This document shows, in pieces, positions 1 to 8,528 of a DNA stretch of 64,000 nucleotides. Both the position numbers and the translations under genes were made by a program. The notes beneath the pieces are model-generated. The model did not search any database. It was not told the DNA's origin and saw nothing but the letters and a program-made list of their open reading frames with translations. The stretch comes from a virus, in the IMG/VR virus record IMGVR_UViG_3300045988_166150, positions 1 to 64,000 of that record. The stretch is one strand, 5' to 3'. Each line of letters starts with the position of its first letter. Position 1 is the first letter of the stretch.

Positions 1-2
1 AT

Positions 3-30
3 ATATTACAAATATTACATTTATATTACA
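3..30. repeat. three direct copies of ATATTACA (3-10, 12-19, 23-30) upstream of the first promoter
   Basis: read directly from sequence; spacing 9 and 11 nt. Confidence 0.6.
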
Positions 31-44
31 TTTTAAGAAAAGAC

Positions 45-73
45 TTGCAATCTATAAAATTTAGGTGTATAAT
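45..73 (+). promoter_or_regulatory. sigma-70 type promoter TTGCAA-17nt-TATAAT with TG extension
   Basis: -35 at 45-50, -10 at 68-73. Confidence 0.6.
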
Positions 74-107
74 ATCGATAGATAAAAAATAAAGGAGTGA
101 TAAAAAA

Positions 108-281
108 ATGAAAAAAAGAAAAATGAAAAAAGCAAAAAAAATTAATTTAGAGAAAATACTGTATATTGTTATGATTTTAGCAATTGCAATATTAACAATA
201 TACGCATTAGTGAATAGATTTCAAGAAATAAGAACAATGAACATAAGTTTATTTGAATTTTTATTCCCAACTATGAGATAA
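108..281 (+). CDS. small membrane protein, 57 aa (below ORF-track cutoff)
   Basis: ATG 108 preceded by AAAGGAG; basic N-terminus then hydrophobic helix ILYIVMILAIAILTIYAL; TAA at 279-281. Confidence 0.5.
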   Translation: MKKRKMKKAKKINLEKILYIVMILAIAILTIYALVNRFQEIRTMNISLFEFLFPTMR

Positions 282-303
282 AAAACGAAAGAAGGATAAA
301 AAA

Positions 304-405
304 ATGGATATACAAGAAATATTAAGAAATATCGAAAATGAAAAATTTGATAATATAGAGAATACACAAGACTTTTACAATAGCACAAATAAAATAAGTG
401 AATAA
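304..405 (+). CDS. tiny ORF, 33 aa
   Basis: ATG 304 after GAAGGA; no other support. Confidence 0.25.
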   Translation: MDIQEILRNIENEKFDNIENTQDFYNSTNKISE

Positions 406-474
406 CAAAAACAATATAACAAGTAAACAGAACTTGAACAGATTGAAAAAAAATAAAATAGGAGTGGATAAATT

Positions 475-729
475 ATGGAAAGAAAAGAAATAAATTCAAG
501 TATAAAACTTGATACAATAAAAAACAGACTTGAAAGAATAAACAAGACAACGAAGCAATACAAATATGAAATAATAAAAGTCAAAAAAAATATATTCAAT
601 TATGAAATAGCTGGAAAGACAAAACATGGAGCAATAGTATTTCAAAAAAGCTTTATTGATAAAATAGATGTGATAAACTTTCTTGACGGAATAGACTTTC
701 AAAAAAGTATAGTGGAATACAAATATTAA
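475..729 (+). CDS. hypothetical early protein
   Basis: ORF track; GGAGTGG Shine-Dalgarno upstream. Confidence 0.6.
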   Translation: MERKEINSSIKLDTIKNRLERINKTTKQYKYEIIKVKKNIFNYEIAGKTKHGAIVFQKSFIDKIDVINFLDGIDFQKSIVEYKY

Positions 730-751
730 TCAAAAAAAGGAGTATGAAAAA

Positions 752-1025
752 ATGAAATATATTTTATACAATGAAAAAAAAGAAATAGTTATCGAACAGA
801 AAGACAACGCAACGGTACTTGCGAATTTTACAGCGGACTTATTTAATAAGTACATTTTGAAAAGTAAAGACGTTAAACAAGTACAATATCATTACAATTA
901 CAGCGACACGCAAAAAATAACTTTTATATTCAAAAATGGATATAGGGCTATTTATTTAGATATACCAACAAAAACACGGTTATTTGGATAATTACAAGAT
1001 TACATTCAATATCAAAAACAAATAA
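752..1025 (+). CDS. hypothetical protein; zero frame ends at 991, an in-frame CGG at 977 allows a +1 extension to 1025
   Basis: ORF track 752..991; +1 frame from GGT 978 is open for 15 sense codons to TAA 1023-1025. Confidence 0.55.
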
Positions 1026-1061
1026 TAGCTTACATTTTATAGAGTGATGAACCTAAAAATT

Positions 1062-1092
1062 AAGACTAGTGAATTTTTACTAGTCTTTTTTT
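1062..1092 (+). terminator. rho-independent terminator
   Basis: 9-bp stem AAGACTAGT/ACTAGTCTT followed by a T-run. Confidence 0.75.
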
Positions 1093-1749
1093 GTTTTATA
1101 TGATTATTTTATACTTTATTTTATAAAATAATGATACAAGACAAAAACTAGATGCAAAAAACAAGTACATTGAAAAATTAATAATTGACGCATAAAAAAC
1201 CATTTTAAGCCGTTTTTTATTCTAGCTATATAATTATATTATTTTAAAATTTTTATGATATACGGCGAAAATAAGGCTTTCGAAAATCCATTTAAAAGCG
1301 TTTTAATATTTTAGCAATATAACTTTATGCCTAAAATTAGACCGCTTCTATTGCTAAAATTGGCGTTCTGGCGTGGAATTCTAAAATTCAAATACTAGAA
1401 TATTATAACATAAAATCTAAAATCACACAAAAAACATAATATACTAAAATCAAATATAAAGGGATTTTATAATATAATAGTATAGTTATAACATTAAAAT
1501 ATAAACCAGCTTGAAATTGAATATAAAGGAAAATTCCATAAAATGGTAAAATTTTACATAATTTGTAAATAAGAACAAAAGTTAGGTAATAAGAAAATAT
1601 TTAAAAATTATGTAAACCAAGAAATGGTAATATGAAAAGTCAAAAAATCCACCGACTTTGGGGCAAGGCGAACGAATGGTAATAAGCAAATATAAAAAAA
1701 TCCCGAGCAGATAAAACAAAAAAATTTTTAAAAATGTTTATAAAATCTA
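1093..1749 (+). other. long non-coding region A, paralogous to 6708-7173
   Basis: no credible ORF; GC pockets in an AT background; TGGTAATA boxes at 1625 and 1677; AATTATGTAAACC at 1606-1618. Confidence 0.5.
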
Positions 1750-1778
1750 TTGACAAGATTTTAAAAATATGATAATAT
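1750..1778 (+). promoter_or_regulatory. promoter TTGACA-17nt-TAATAT (TG-extended)
   Basis: read directly. Confidence 0.7.
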
Positions 1779-1835
1779 AATAATCGAAGGGAGAGATAAG
1801 TCCTATGAAATAAAAAATGAAAGGAAGTAAATATT

Positions 1836-1985
1836 ATGGAAGAATTAATAAAAAAATTAGAATATGCTAAAAATGCAGCACAAAGTTGTCTTAAAAGTGC
1901 AAATTGCAATGTAGATATGCACGGCTTATCTTATTGGGCAAATGAAGTAGAGAGATTAAGAAAAGAAATAATAGAAAAATTATAA
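1836..1985 (+). CDS. hypothetical protein, 49 aa (below track cutoff)
   Basis: ATG after AAAGGAAG; MEELIKKLEYAKNAAQ...; the track's minus ORF 1640..1909 is a shadow. Confidence 0.5.
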   Translation: MEELIKKLEYAKNAAQSCLKSANCNVDMHGLSYWANEVERLRKEIIEKL

Positions 1986-2012
1986 AAAAATAATGTAGGA
2001 GGTATAGAAATT

Positions 2013-2342
2013 ATGACAGAATTAGAAATATTAGCTCAATTAAAAATGGCATATTTGAGTTTAGAAGATATAAGTGAAAATCATGGAGGACAATTAACAG
2101 AAAATGAAGGAAAATATATAAGATTATCTATGCAAAATTTAGAAATATTATATGGAAATATTTATAAAAGAATAATGCACAAAAATAATAAAGCTTTATA
2201 TTACAAAGAAAATATAAAAATAGGAGATTGTATTAATATTGATTATACAATAGAAGATACAGAAATAAAAGAAGCTATAACATATAATGACATGGAAAAT
2301 GGAGAAAAATGGTGGGAAGATTTTGATTATTTAAGTTTTTAA
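2013..2342 (+). CDS. hypothetical protein
   Basis: ORF track; TAGGAGG upstream. Confidence 0.7.
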   Translation: MTELEILAQLKMAYLSLEDISENHGGQLTENEGKYIRLSMQNLEILYGNIYKRIMHKNNKALYYKENIKIGDCINIDYTIEDTEIKEAITYNDMENGEKWWEDFDYLSF

Positions 2343-2369
2343 AAATGTTAAAGTATGGAGGAAATTATT

Positions 2370-2642
2370 ATGGATTTTTTAAATGATAAAGAAAAAACAC
2401 ATGATTTATTATGGTTTACAAGAACAACTTTTTTTGGTCAACATCCAGACGTAACAGAACAAGAATATAATAATACTTTAGATAAAATGTGGGAACAATT
2501 AGGCGATATACCAGTTGATGAAAGCGGGACAAAAATTGAAGAACCATTTTATAATTGGGAAAAGGGTGCAAACAAGGAAAAAATATGGCACTGGTTTGAT
2601 GAAAAATTAGAAGAAGGAATAGGAAAAAGATATTTTAATTAA
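2370..2642 (+). CDS. hypothetical protein (start probably ATG 2370 rather than 2355)
   Basis: GGAGG lies inside the 2355 extension, 8 nt before ATG 2370. Confidence 0.65.
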   Translation: MDFLNDKEKTHDLLWFTRTTFFGQHPDVTEQEYNNTLDKMWEQLGDIPVDESGTKIEEPFYNWEKGANKEKIWHWFDEKLEEGIGKRYFN

Positions 2643-2656
2643 GGAGATAACATAAA

Positions 2657-2866
2657 ATGGAAAATAATGGAAATATAATAGATTTTATATTTTATAATGA
2701 AAATGGGTTACAAATAAAGTTAAAAGGCAAGCAAAAGCCTTTAAAACTTTATGAAAACCTAAAAAATAAAATATTTTTTGTAAATAACGGCAAACAAACT
2801 TTATTATTTAAAGATACAGACTTAAAATTAATTTTAAATTTTTATGAAAATATATTGACAAAATGA
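2657..2866 (+). CDS. hypothetical protein
   Basis: ORF track; AAGGAG upstream. Confidence 0.65.
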   Translation: MENNGNIIDFIFYNENGLQIKLKGKQKPLKLYENLKNKIFFVNNGKQTLLFKDTDLKLILNFYENILTK

Positions 2867-2883
2867 TTAAATAGGTATATAAT
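2855..2883 (+). promoter_or_regulatory. promoter TTGACA-17nt-TATAAT
   Basis: overlaps the 3' end of the preceding ORF. Confidence 0.65.
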
Positions 2884-2908
2884 AAGGATAGAAAGAGAGG
2901 TAAAAAAT

Positions 2909-3424
2909 ATGGAAGAAGTAAAATTTTATAATGAAAATTTAGAAGAAATTGAAAAAGATATAAATATGATAAATAATGAAGAGAATTTTTTAATTAAATA
3001 CAAAGGGAATATAGTTAATTTAATGGAATTCCAACAAGATAAAGTTAATGGAGAATATCCAAGATATATTCAATTTTTTAAAAATGAAGAAGAGTATAAA
3101 GAACACAAATTTTATGATAGTGGTTGTGTTTTACCAAGTAAAATGATTGAATATATAAAACACATAGTTAATATTCATTTAAAACATAAATATGTAGTTA
3201 AAAAAATAAAAAATCAATATATACTTAATAATTATTTTAATGTCAACAAAGAATTCGAAGCAATTATAATACATTATAATAAAGAAAATTTACATAAAAA
3301 GAATGAAAAAGTGAATAAAATATTGGCAAATTTTAAAAAAAATAATATTCCTTATGAAATAGTAGTTGACATAGAAAGAAAATTTTATTTAATAGAATAT
3401 AATAAAGTAAAGAAAGGAAGATAA
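2909..3424 (+). CDS. hypothetical protein
   Basis: ORF track; Shine-Dalgarno upstream. Confidence 0.7.
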   Translation: MEEVKFYNENLEEIEKDINMINNEENFLIKYKGNIVNLMEFQQDKVNGEYPRYIQFFKNEEEYKEHKFYDSGCVLPSKMIEYIKHIVNIHLKHKYVVKKIKNQYILNNYFNVNKEFEAIIIHYNKENLHKKNEKVNKILANFKKNNIPYEIVVDIERKFYLIEYNKVKKGR

Positions 3425-3428
3425 AATT

Positions 3429-3737
3429 ATGAAATTTAAAAAAGAAAATATTTACATATTAAAAAGAATAAACCATGAAACGGTTAAACAATTAATACCA
3501 GCCCGTACATTTGAATATAAAGGACATAAATTTAATTTGCAAGGAGATAGCAAAAGTGGTTATTCAATAAGCGACAATAGAACAGGTGTGTTACTTGGAG
3601 TTTATTTTGAAAAATTAAAAGATATTGAAAAATATTGTGGCAAATTAGATATACTTATAGATTGGGAAAATAAAAAATCTCATAATTATATGTATCTAAT
3701 AGATACTTTTGAAAAAGCTAGAATTGTGGAGGTATAA
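3429..3737 (+). CDS. hypothetical protein
   Basis: ORF track; Shine-Dalgarno upstream. Confidence 0.7.
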   Translation: MKFKKENIYILKRINHETVKQLIPARTFEYKGHKFNLQGDSKSGYSISDNRTGVLLGVYFEKLKDIEKYCGKLDILIDWENKKSHNYMYLIDTFEKARIVEV

Positions 3738-3739
3738 AA

Positions 3740-4036
3740 ATGGATTGGATAAAAAAGTTAAACGAAAATAAAGATATAATAATAAAAGATTTTAAAGAAT
3801 ATTTACAAGAAAATTATACAGAATTTTATAATAATTTGGATAATTTTGTATTAAGTAAAAATTTTAGAAGTTTTGAAATTGAATTAAAAGCTATTGAATA
3901 TGTTGATAACTATATAACAAGTCTACATTATGATATACAAGATAATACAGAAGATTATACAGAGCAATTAAGCGTTGAAAATAAGATTATAAAAATATTA
4001 TTGAATTATTTGGGAGTTGATACAAGTGGAAATTAA
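3740..4036 (+). CDS. acidic hypothetical protein; candidate cognate antitoxin of the downstream MazF-like gene
   Basis: overlaps the toxin start by 20 nt; no AbrB/MazE motif recognised. Confidence 0.6.
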   Translation: MDWIKKLNENKDIIIKDFKEYLQENYTEFYNNLDNFVLSKNFRSFEIELKAIEYVDNYITSLHYDIQDNTEDYTEQLSVENKIIKILLNYLGVDTSGN

Positions 4037-4403
4037 AAGGGGCGATATATTTTATGTTGACTTAGGAGAAACAAAAGAAAAAACAAGTATTCAAACAGGA
4101 ATAAGACCAGCGATTATAATTTCAAATAACAAGTGCAATAAATTTAGCCCGATTTTGTTGGTCGCCCCACTTACTTCTAAAATAAAAAGGACGGATTTGC
4201 CGATACATATTGAACTCACAAAAGACATTGAAAACGGACTAGAATTGAATTCTATTGCATTATTAGAACAAATTAGAGCAATAGATAGAGAGAAAATATT
4301 TACAAAAATTGGAAGTATTTGTGGAAAAGATTTGGAGAATATAAACAAAGGTTTGGAAATTAGTTTGGGCTTAAATAATGACCAATTCAAAAATTGTTTA
4401 TAA
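4017..4403 (+). CDS. mazF: MazF/PemK-family endoribonuclease toxin
   Basis: KRGDIFYVDLG...GIRPAIIISN...LVAPLTSK...EQIRAID pattern typical of PemK/MazF; non-ATG start (TTG 4017 or GTG 4026). Confidence 0.85.
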   Translation: MIQVEIKRGDIFYVDLGETKEKTSIQTGIRPAIIISNNKCNKFSPILLVAPLTSKIKRTDLPIHIELTKDIENGLELNSIALLEQIRAIDREKIFTKIGSICGKDLENINKGLEISLGLNNDQFKNCL

Positions 4404-4418
4404 AATTTATAAAAATAC

Positions 4419-4447
4419 TTGACAAATTGTTTAAAGTATATTATAAT
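4419..4447 (+). promoter_or_regulatory. promoter TTGACA-17nt-TATAAT
   Basis: read directly. Confidence 0.7.
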
Positions 4448-4513
4448 GTGTTTAGAGTTGGAAAAACAACAAATAAAAGAAGCAATACCGCTTCTAAAGG
4501 AGGATAAAAAAAT

Positions 4514-4723
4514 ATGGCAATGTACCAAGATTGGTTTAAAAAATACGATAAAATTATTAAGCAATCAAAAGAAAATGAAAAAAAAATGAAAGAACTTTTA
4601 GATAAATTTATGAAAAATAGTGATGAAATTATGGAAAGTTTGAAAAAAGGTGCTGAAATTGTAGTTAAAAAAAATCATGAAGACTTTGTGATTTATCAAA
4701 AATTAATAAAAAAAATAAAATAA
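4514..4723 (+). CDS. hypothetical protein
   Basis: ORF track; AAAGGAGG upstream. Confidence 0.6.
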   Translation: MAMYQDWFKKYDKIIKQSKENEKKMKELLDKFMKNSDEIMESLKKGAEIVVKKNHEDFVIYQKLIKKIK

Positions 4724-4736
4724 TTTTAAAAAAGTG

Positions 4737-4765
4737 TTGACAAAAATAAAAATGTATAGTATAAT
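4737..4765 (+). promoter_or_regulatory. promoter TTGACA-17nt-TATAAT
   Basis: read directly. Confidence 0.7.
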
Positions 4766-4840
4766 GGAAGAGAGTATAAAAGAGATTTTTAACAATAGTG
4801 AAAATATAATAAAAGTAGAGAAATAGAAAGGAGTATTATT

Positions 4841-5455
4841 ATGTATAAGTATAAAATAATTATAAAATATTATGGGGCATTATGTGATAAAGAACAACTT
4901 GATGATGAGGAAGTTTTTGATGAAGATGTAATATGTTTTACAGACGATATAGAAGTAGTAAAAAATGAAATAGAATACAAAATCAAAGAGTGGATAAAAA
5001 GAGGTTATGTATTAGATTTTCAACAGGATAAAAATGTTATAAGATTATTCAATGGCATACAAGAAAACTGGAACGATTATTTAGAAATATATTATGTTGA
5101 AAACAATAAAGCACAAGACTTTTATATTTATAAATTATATAAATTTGGATATGTTGAAACTATAATATATGAAATAGAAAAAACAATATTAAAATTAAAA
5201 AACGAAATTGTTAATAATGGAATGAAAAATAATACTATATTAGAGTTGGCTTTATTAATAGAATTAAAAAGATTTTTAGATGACCCTATGTTTTTAAGAA
5301 ACTCCTTAATAGAAGATGTAAAGTTAATGTGTGAATATAAAGGGGGACTTATAGATAGTGTAGTTAATAGTTATTTTAATGCTAGTTTTGGTATTTCTTT
5401 TGATGATTTAAGAATAATGGTTAATAATTTTTTAAAAGATTATAAAAAAGATTAA
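4841..5455 (+). CDS. hypothetical protein
   Basis: ORF track; AAAGGAG upstream. Confidence 0.7.
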   Translation: MYKYKIIIKYYGALCDKEQLDDEEVFDEDVICFTDDIEVVKNEIEYKIKEWIKRGYVLDFQQDKNVIRLFNGIQENWNDYLEIYYVENNKAQDFYIYKLYKFGYVETIIYEIEKTILKLKNEIVNNGMKNNTILELALLIELKRFLDDPMFLRNSLIEDVKLMCEYKGGLIDSVVNSYFNASFGISFDDLRIMVNNFLKDYKKD

Positions 5456-5474
5456 AAATTTTTTATAAAATCTA

Positions 5475-5503
5475 TTGACAAATGAATAAAAGTGTGGTAT
5501 AAT
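5475..5503 (+). promoter_or_regulatory. promoter TTGACA-17nt-TATAAT
   Basis: read directly. Confidence 0.7.
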
Positions 5504-5530
5504 AATTATAATGAAAGAGAGGAATATATT

Positions 5531-5851
5531 ATGAAAGTTAAAATTGGTACAAGTGGGAATTTATTTTGGGCTTTATGCAAAATTATAGGAGGAGAAGAAT
5601 GGGATAAAGGAAAAGAATTAGTAGAAAATGCAGAAAAAGATGATGACGGATATATATTCGATATTGAATTAAAAATAGACGGTGTAGAATTTGATTTTGA
5701 TAGTATTATAACAGGTTTACTTCAAAGACAAAATGAAGAAATAGAAAGACAAGTTCAATATAAATTAGAAGACAAATTTTACGATATAATAAATAAGGCA
5801 CAAGACATTATTGATAATTTAGACGAAATAAGTGATAAATTAGAAAATTAG
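5531..5851 (+). CDS. hypothetical protein (track start 5492 lies inside the promoter; ATG 5531 preferred)
   Basis: AGAGAGGAA Shine-Dalgarno before ATG 5531. Confidence 0.65.
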   Translation: MKVKIGTSGNLFWALCKIIGGEEWDKGKELVENAEKDDDGYIFDIELKIDGVEFDFDSIITGLLQRQNEEIERQVQYKLEDKFYDIINKAQDIIDNLDEISDKLEN

Positions 5852-5869
5852 ATTTTTTTAAAAAAACTA

Positions 5870-5898
5870 TTGACAAATTAAATTTGTTATGCTATAAT
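5870..5898 (+). promoter_or_regulatory. promoter TTGACA-17nt-TATAAT
   Basis: read directly. Confidence 0.7.
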
Positions 5899-5904
5899 AT
5901 AATT

Positions 5905-6150
5905 AAGTTAAGAGAAAGTTAAGACTTACAGCTTCAAAAAAGTTAGTTGCGAGAAACACTCAACGAGCGATAAAATATAATTATGTAAACCGAAAATAAA
6001 ATAGACAAACATTAATATTTAAAATCATACTAGGACGCACGAGGATTAGTTTTAAGCGATTTTTATAATTAGACAATATAATTATATATCTAAAAAATTT
6101 ATTTTCTAAAATTTGATTTTAAAAGCTTAAAAATTTTTAAAAAAGTTTTT
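5905..6150 (+). ncRNA. candidate promoter-driven non-coding transcript B
   Basis: consensus promoter followed by about 250 nt with no ORF; 5' end AGAAAGTTAA..CTTACAGC is homologous to the transcript starting near 44745; contains AATTATGTAAACC at 5978-5990. Confidence 0.4.
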
Positions 6151-6159
6151 AAAAAAATA

Positions 6160-6188
6160 TTGACAGATTTTATAAAATATGGTATATT
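6160..6188 (+). promoter_or_regulatory. promoter TTGACA-17nt-TATATT (TG-extended)
   Basis: read directly. Confidence 0.65.
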
Positions 6189-6210
6189 TATAAATGAAGG
6201 GGGCAATTAT

Positions 6211-6420
6211 ATGAAAGATATATTTTTTAGAATAACTACAAAAACAAAAAATGGCAAAACATTATATTTAAAAGCTGGGATTGGAAAATCTTGTAAATGG
6301 GATTTTGATAAAAATGAGGCTATATGGTTTGAAACTTTAAATCAAGCCGAAAATTTTGTAAATACATATTTCAAAAATTTTAAGAATTACACTATCCAAA
6401 AATTTTTTGTAAAATTTTAA
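6211..6420 (+). CDS. hypothetical protein (track start 6160 is the TTG of the -35 box)
   Basis: AAGGGGG Shine-Dalgarno before ATG 6211. Confidence 0.6.
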   Translation: MKDIFFRITTKTKNGKTLYLKAGIGKSCKWDFDKNEAIWFETLNQAENFVNTYFKNFKNYTIQKFFVKF

Positions 6421-6428
6421 TAAAAGCA

Positions 6429-6457
6429 TTGACAAACCATTAAATATATGATATACT
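6429..6457 (+). promoter_or_regulatory. promoter TTGACA-17nt-TATACT
   Basis: read directly. Confidence 0.65.
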
Positions 6458-6488
6458 TAAAGAGAAGTCAGGAACAGGAGGTGAGAGA

Positions 6489-6632
6489 ATGTACGAGATA
6501 AAATTTAAAGACTTGAAAAAAGATAAGAATTATGTAGCACGATTTGAAAACCCGTATCAGCTAGAACAATTTAAAAAAGACTTAAAAAAGAAAAAATACA
6601 TAATTATCGTTTCTGAATTCAAAATTACATAA
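6489..6632 (+). CDS. hypothetical protein, 47 aa (below track cutoff)
   Basis: ATG after CAGGAGGTGAG; MYEIKFKDLKKDKNYVARFENPYQLEQF... Confidence 0.5.
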   Translation: MYEIKFKDLKKDKNYVARFENPYQLEQFKKDLKKKKYIIIVSEFKIT

Positions 6633-6669
6633 AGTTTGCTAGAACTTAAAACTAGAAAATAGCAAGTGG

Positions 6670-6707
6670 GCTATAATATACTCAAAAGGTATATTGTAGC
6701 TCTTTTT
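6670..6707 (+). terminator. rho-independent terminator
   Basis: 12-bp stem GCTATAATATAC/GTATATTGTAGC (one G-U pair) followed by TCTTTTT. Confidence 0.7.
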
Positions 6708-7173
6708 GCGTTTTAAATTGAACTTTGAAAACATTATATGAGCCACGAAAATCAAAAATAAGGCGATTTTATTATTAAATAATAAAATTATATTATATAT
6801 TCATTATAAGAATTACATGCTAAAATATTAAGCCTTAAAATCGTTTTTAAGCGTCTTTATATTTTAACGATAAACTTATATTGGTATAATATAAAAGTAG
6901 GTCTATGGCGATTGTCGTTTGTCCTAGACATATCTGGTGTTTATTATATAGAAAAATAATATGATAGATTAGAAAATTATGTAAAGTTTACATAATTTTA
7001 AAAGATTAAATCAAAAATATTTGGATTTTCAAGTTGGCATAAATTGGTAATATAAGAAAGTGAAAAATCTGGGCGAAATTCTGGGAAATAATAGATTGGT
7101 AATAGCAATTTTAAAAAAATCCCCAGCTAAGAAATAAAAATCAAAAAAATATAGAAAAATTTTTTAAAAAATA
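6708..7173 (+). other. long non-coding region C, paralogous to region A
   Basis: TGGTAATA boxes at 7045 and 7097 (52-nt spacing as in A); 25-nt palindrome at 6974-6998; TAGGTCTA element at 6898-6952. Confidence 0.5.
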
Positions 7174-7202
7174 TTGACAAATTTAAAATTTTGTGATAAC
7201 AT
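7174..7202 (+). promoter_or_regulatory. promoter TTGACA-17nt-TAACAT (TG-extended)
   Basis: read directly. Confidence 0.6.
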
Positions 7203-7229
7203 ATAGAAAAATAAGGAAGGAGAAATATT

Positions 7230-7685
7230 ATGGAAAATGATTTTCAAGAAAAAAATCAAGATTTTGGAATAATTTCTAATAGAATTGCATATTATTATAA
7301 AAATATCTTCAATGTTGAAATTGTTTCATTGCTTTACAGAAAGAAAAATTCAGAAAGGATTAAAAGAGTTATGCAAAATGCAGATTGTTTAGATAAGCTA
7401 AGAGGAGAAGAATTTGACTTTAATGTTCTTATTAAGGATAATAATAAAAGTTGTTTTAAATATAAACTAATAAAATGCAAATTTGTAGCTTCAGAATATA
7501 TTGCAAACAATGAAAAATTTGATTTGTTAGAAGCTTTATATTATTTTGTAGATAAAAACTTGAGCGATTATTGTCAAAAACGCTATTTGAATAAGGCAAC
7601 CAGAAGCAAAATGCAAGAGATGTTAGAAAAAGATAGAGAACTTAATGAAGAATATAAGAATTGGGCTAAAGGTAATAAAGATTAA
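7230..7685 (+). CDS. hypothetical protein
   Basis: ORF track; GGAAGGAG upstream. Confidence 0.7.
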   Translation: MENDFQEKNQDFGIISNRIAYYYKNIFNVEIVSLLYRKKNSERIKRVMQNADCLDKLRGEEFDFNVLIKDNNKSCFKYKLIKCKFVASEYIANNEKFDLLEALYYFVDKNLSDYCQKRYLNKATRSKMQEMLEKDRELNEEYKNWAKGNKD

Positions 7686-7829
7686 ATATAAAAAATTTAA
7701 GATATTAATAATTTATTAATTTTCTTTGCAAAAATAAAAGTAAAAAATGCAATTCTAAAAGTAGATTTTTAAATTGCAAATTTAAGTTGAAAACCTAGTC
7801 CGTTAGGTTGAAAAAATAGGGGTGATATT

Positions 7830-8054
7830 ATGGAACCAAAAGAAGAATTTGATTTCTTTGAAATTGATACAAATGATTTTGATTTTATTGATATAGATGT
7901 TACTTATGAACAAGCAATTAATATATTAAAAAGTTGCTTGAGTAAGGTTGAAATAAGGGGAGAATTCCTTTATATTGTAAAAAAAGCGATAATGAAAATT
8001 TTGAATGAAGGTGAGAATAAAAATTGTGGAGGTTTTAATGGAGAAAACAGCTGA
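7830..8054 (+). CDS. hypothetical acidic protein
   Basis: ORF track; Shine-Dalgarno upstream. Confidence 0.6.
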   Translation: MEPKEEFDFFEIDTNDFDFIDIDVTYEQAINILKSCLSKVEIRGEFLYIVKKAIMKILNEGENKNCGGFNGENS

Positions 8055-8265
8055 TAAAATGTTCAAAGAATTAGGATATGAAAAACATAGTTCAGACACA
8101 GATGAAAGATTTGATTTATATTCTTCAAATTATAAACATTTAATAAGGATAGTATTCAATTTTAGAACTAAAAAAGTTGCAATACATTGTTATAATAATG
8201 CATTAAATATAAAAGAACTACAAACAATAAATAAAAAATGCCAAGAAAAAGGGTGGATAGAATGA
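8038..8265 (+). CDS. hypothetical protein (ATG 8038 preferred over 8005)
   Basis: GTGGAGG before ATG 8038. Confidence 0.6.
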   Translation: MEKTADKMFKELGYEKHSSDTDERFDLYSSNYKHLIRIVFNFRTKKVAIHCYNNALNIKELQTINKKCQEKGWIE

Positions 8266-8528
8266 AAAAAATAATTCAAACTATAAAACTTCGCAAATTA
8301 AAAACAGAAGTAAATAAAGAATATGTAGAAAAAATGAATGAAGGTAATTATCTTATTTTATTTAAAGATGATACTTGTAAACAGGTTTATACTAAAGATG
8401 AGTTAATAAACACTTTAAGTAAAGACCATATAAAACCTGTTAGGTATATTTTTAGTATGGCTGATAGAATATGTATTGATAGAGATGTTCATATAAATAT
8501 AGAGGAGGTATTAAATAATGGAAATTAA
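8262..8528 (+). CDS. hypothetical protein (ATG 8262, ATGA overlap with the upstream stop)
   Basis: translational-coupling geometry. Confidence 0.6.
   Translation: MKKIIQTIKLRKLKTEVNKEYVEKMNEGNYLILFKDDTCKQVYTKDELINTLSKDHIKPVRYIFSMADRICIDRDVHINIEEVLNNGN

Noticed and set aside
375-702. Minus-strand ORFs 375..599 and 496..702, and similar antisense ORFs at 1640..1909, 4091..4564, 8737..8937, 9051..9236, 10535..10762, 12903..13097, 15713..15904, 18582..18851, 22952..23182, 26294..26518, 26814..27029, 27925..28263, 30713..31186, 33606..33897, 34640..35214, 36509..36766, 39375..39572, 40703..40948, 42773..42976, 43509..43793, 45452..45646, 46323..46505, 49956..50243, 50755..51027, 51592..51792
   Set aside because: These are low-complexity Phe/Leu/Ile/Ser-rich shadows of AT-rich plus-strand genes. 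They have no Shine-Dalgarno sequences and overlap well-supported genes or promoters.
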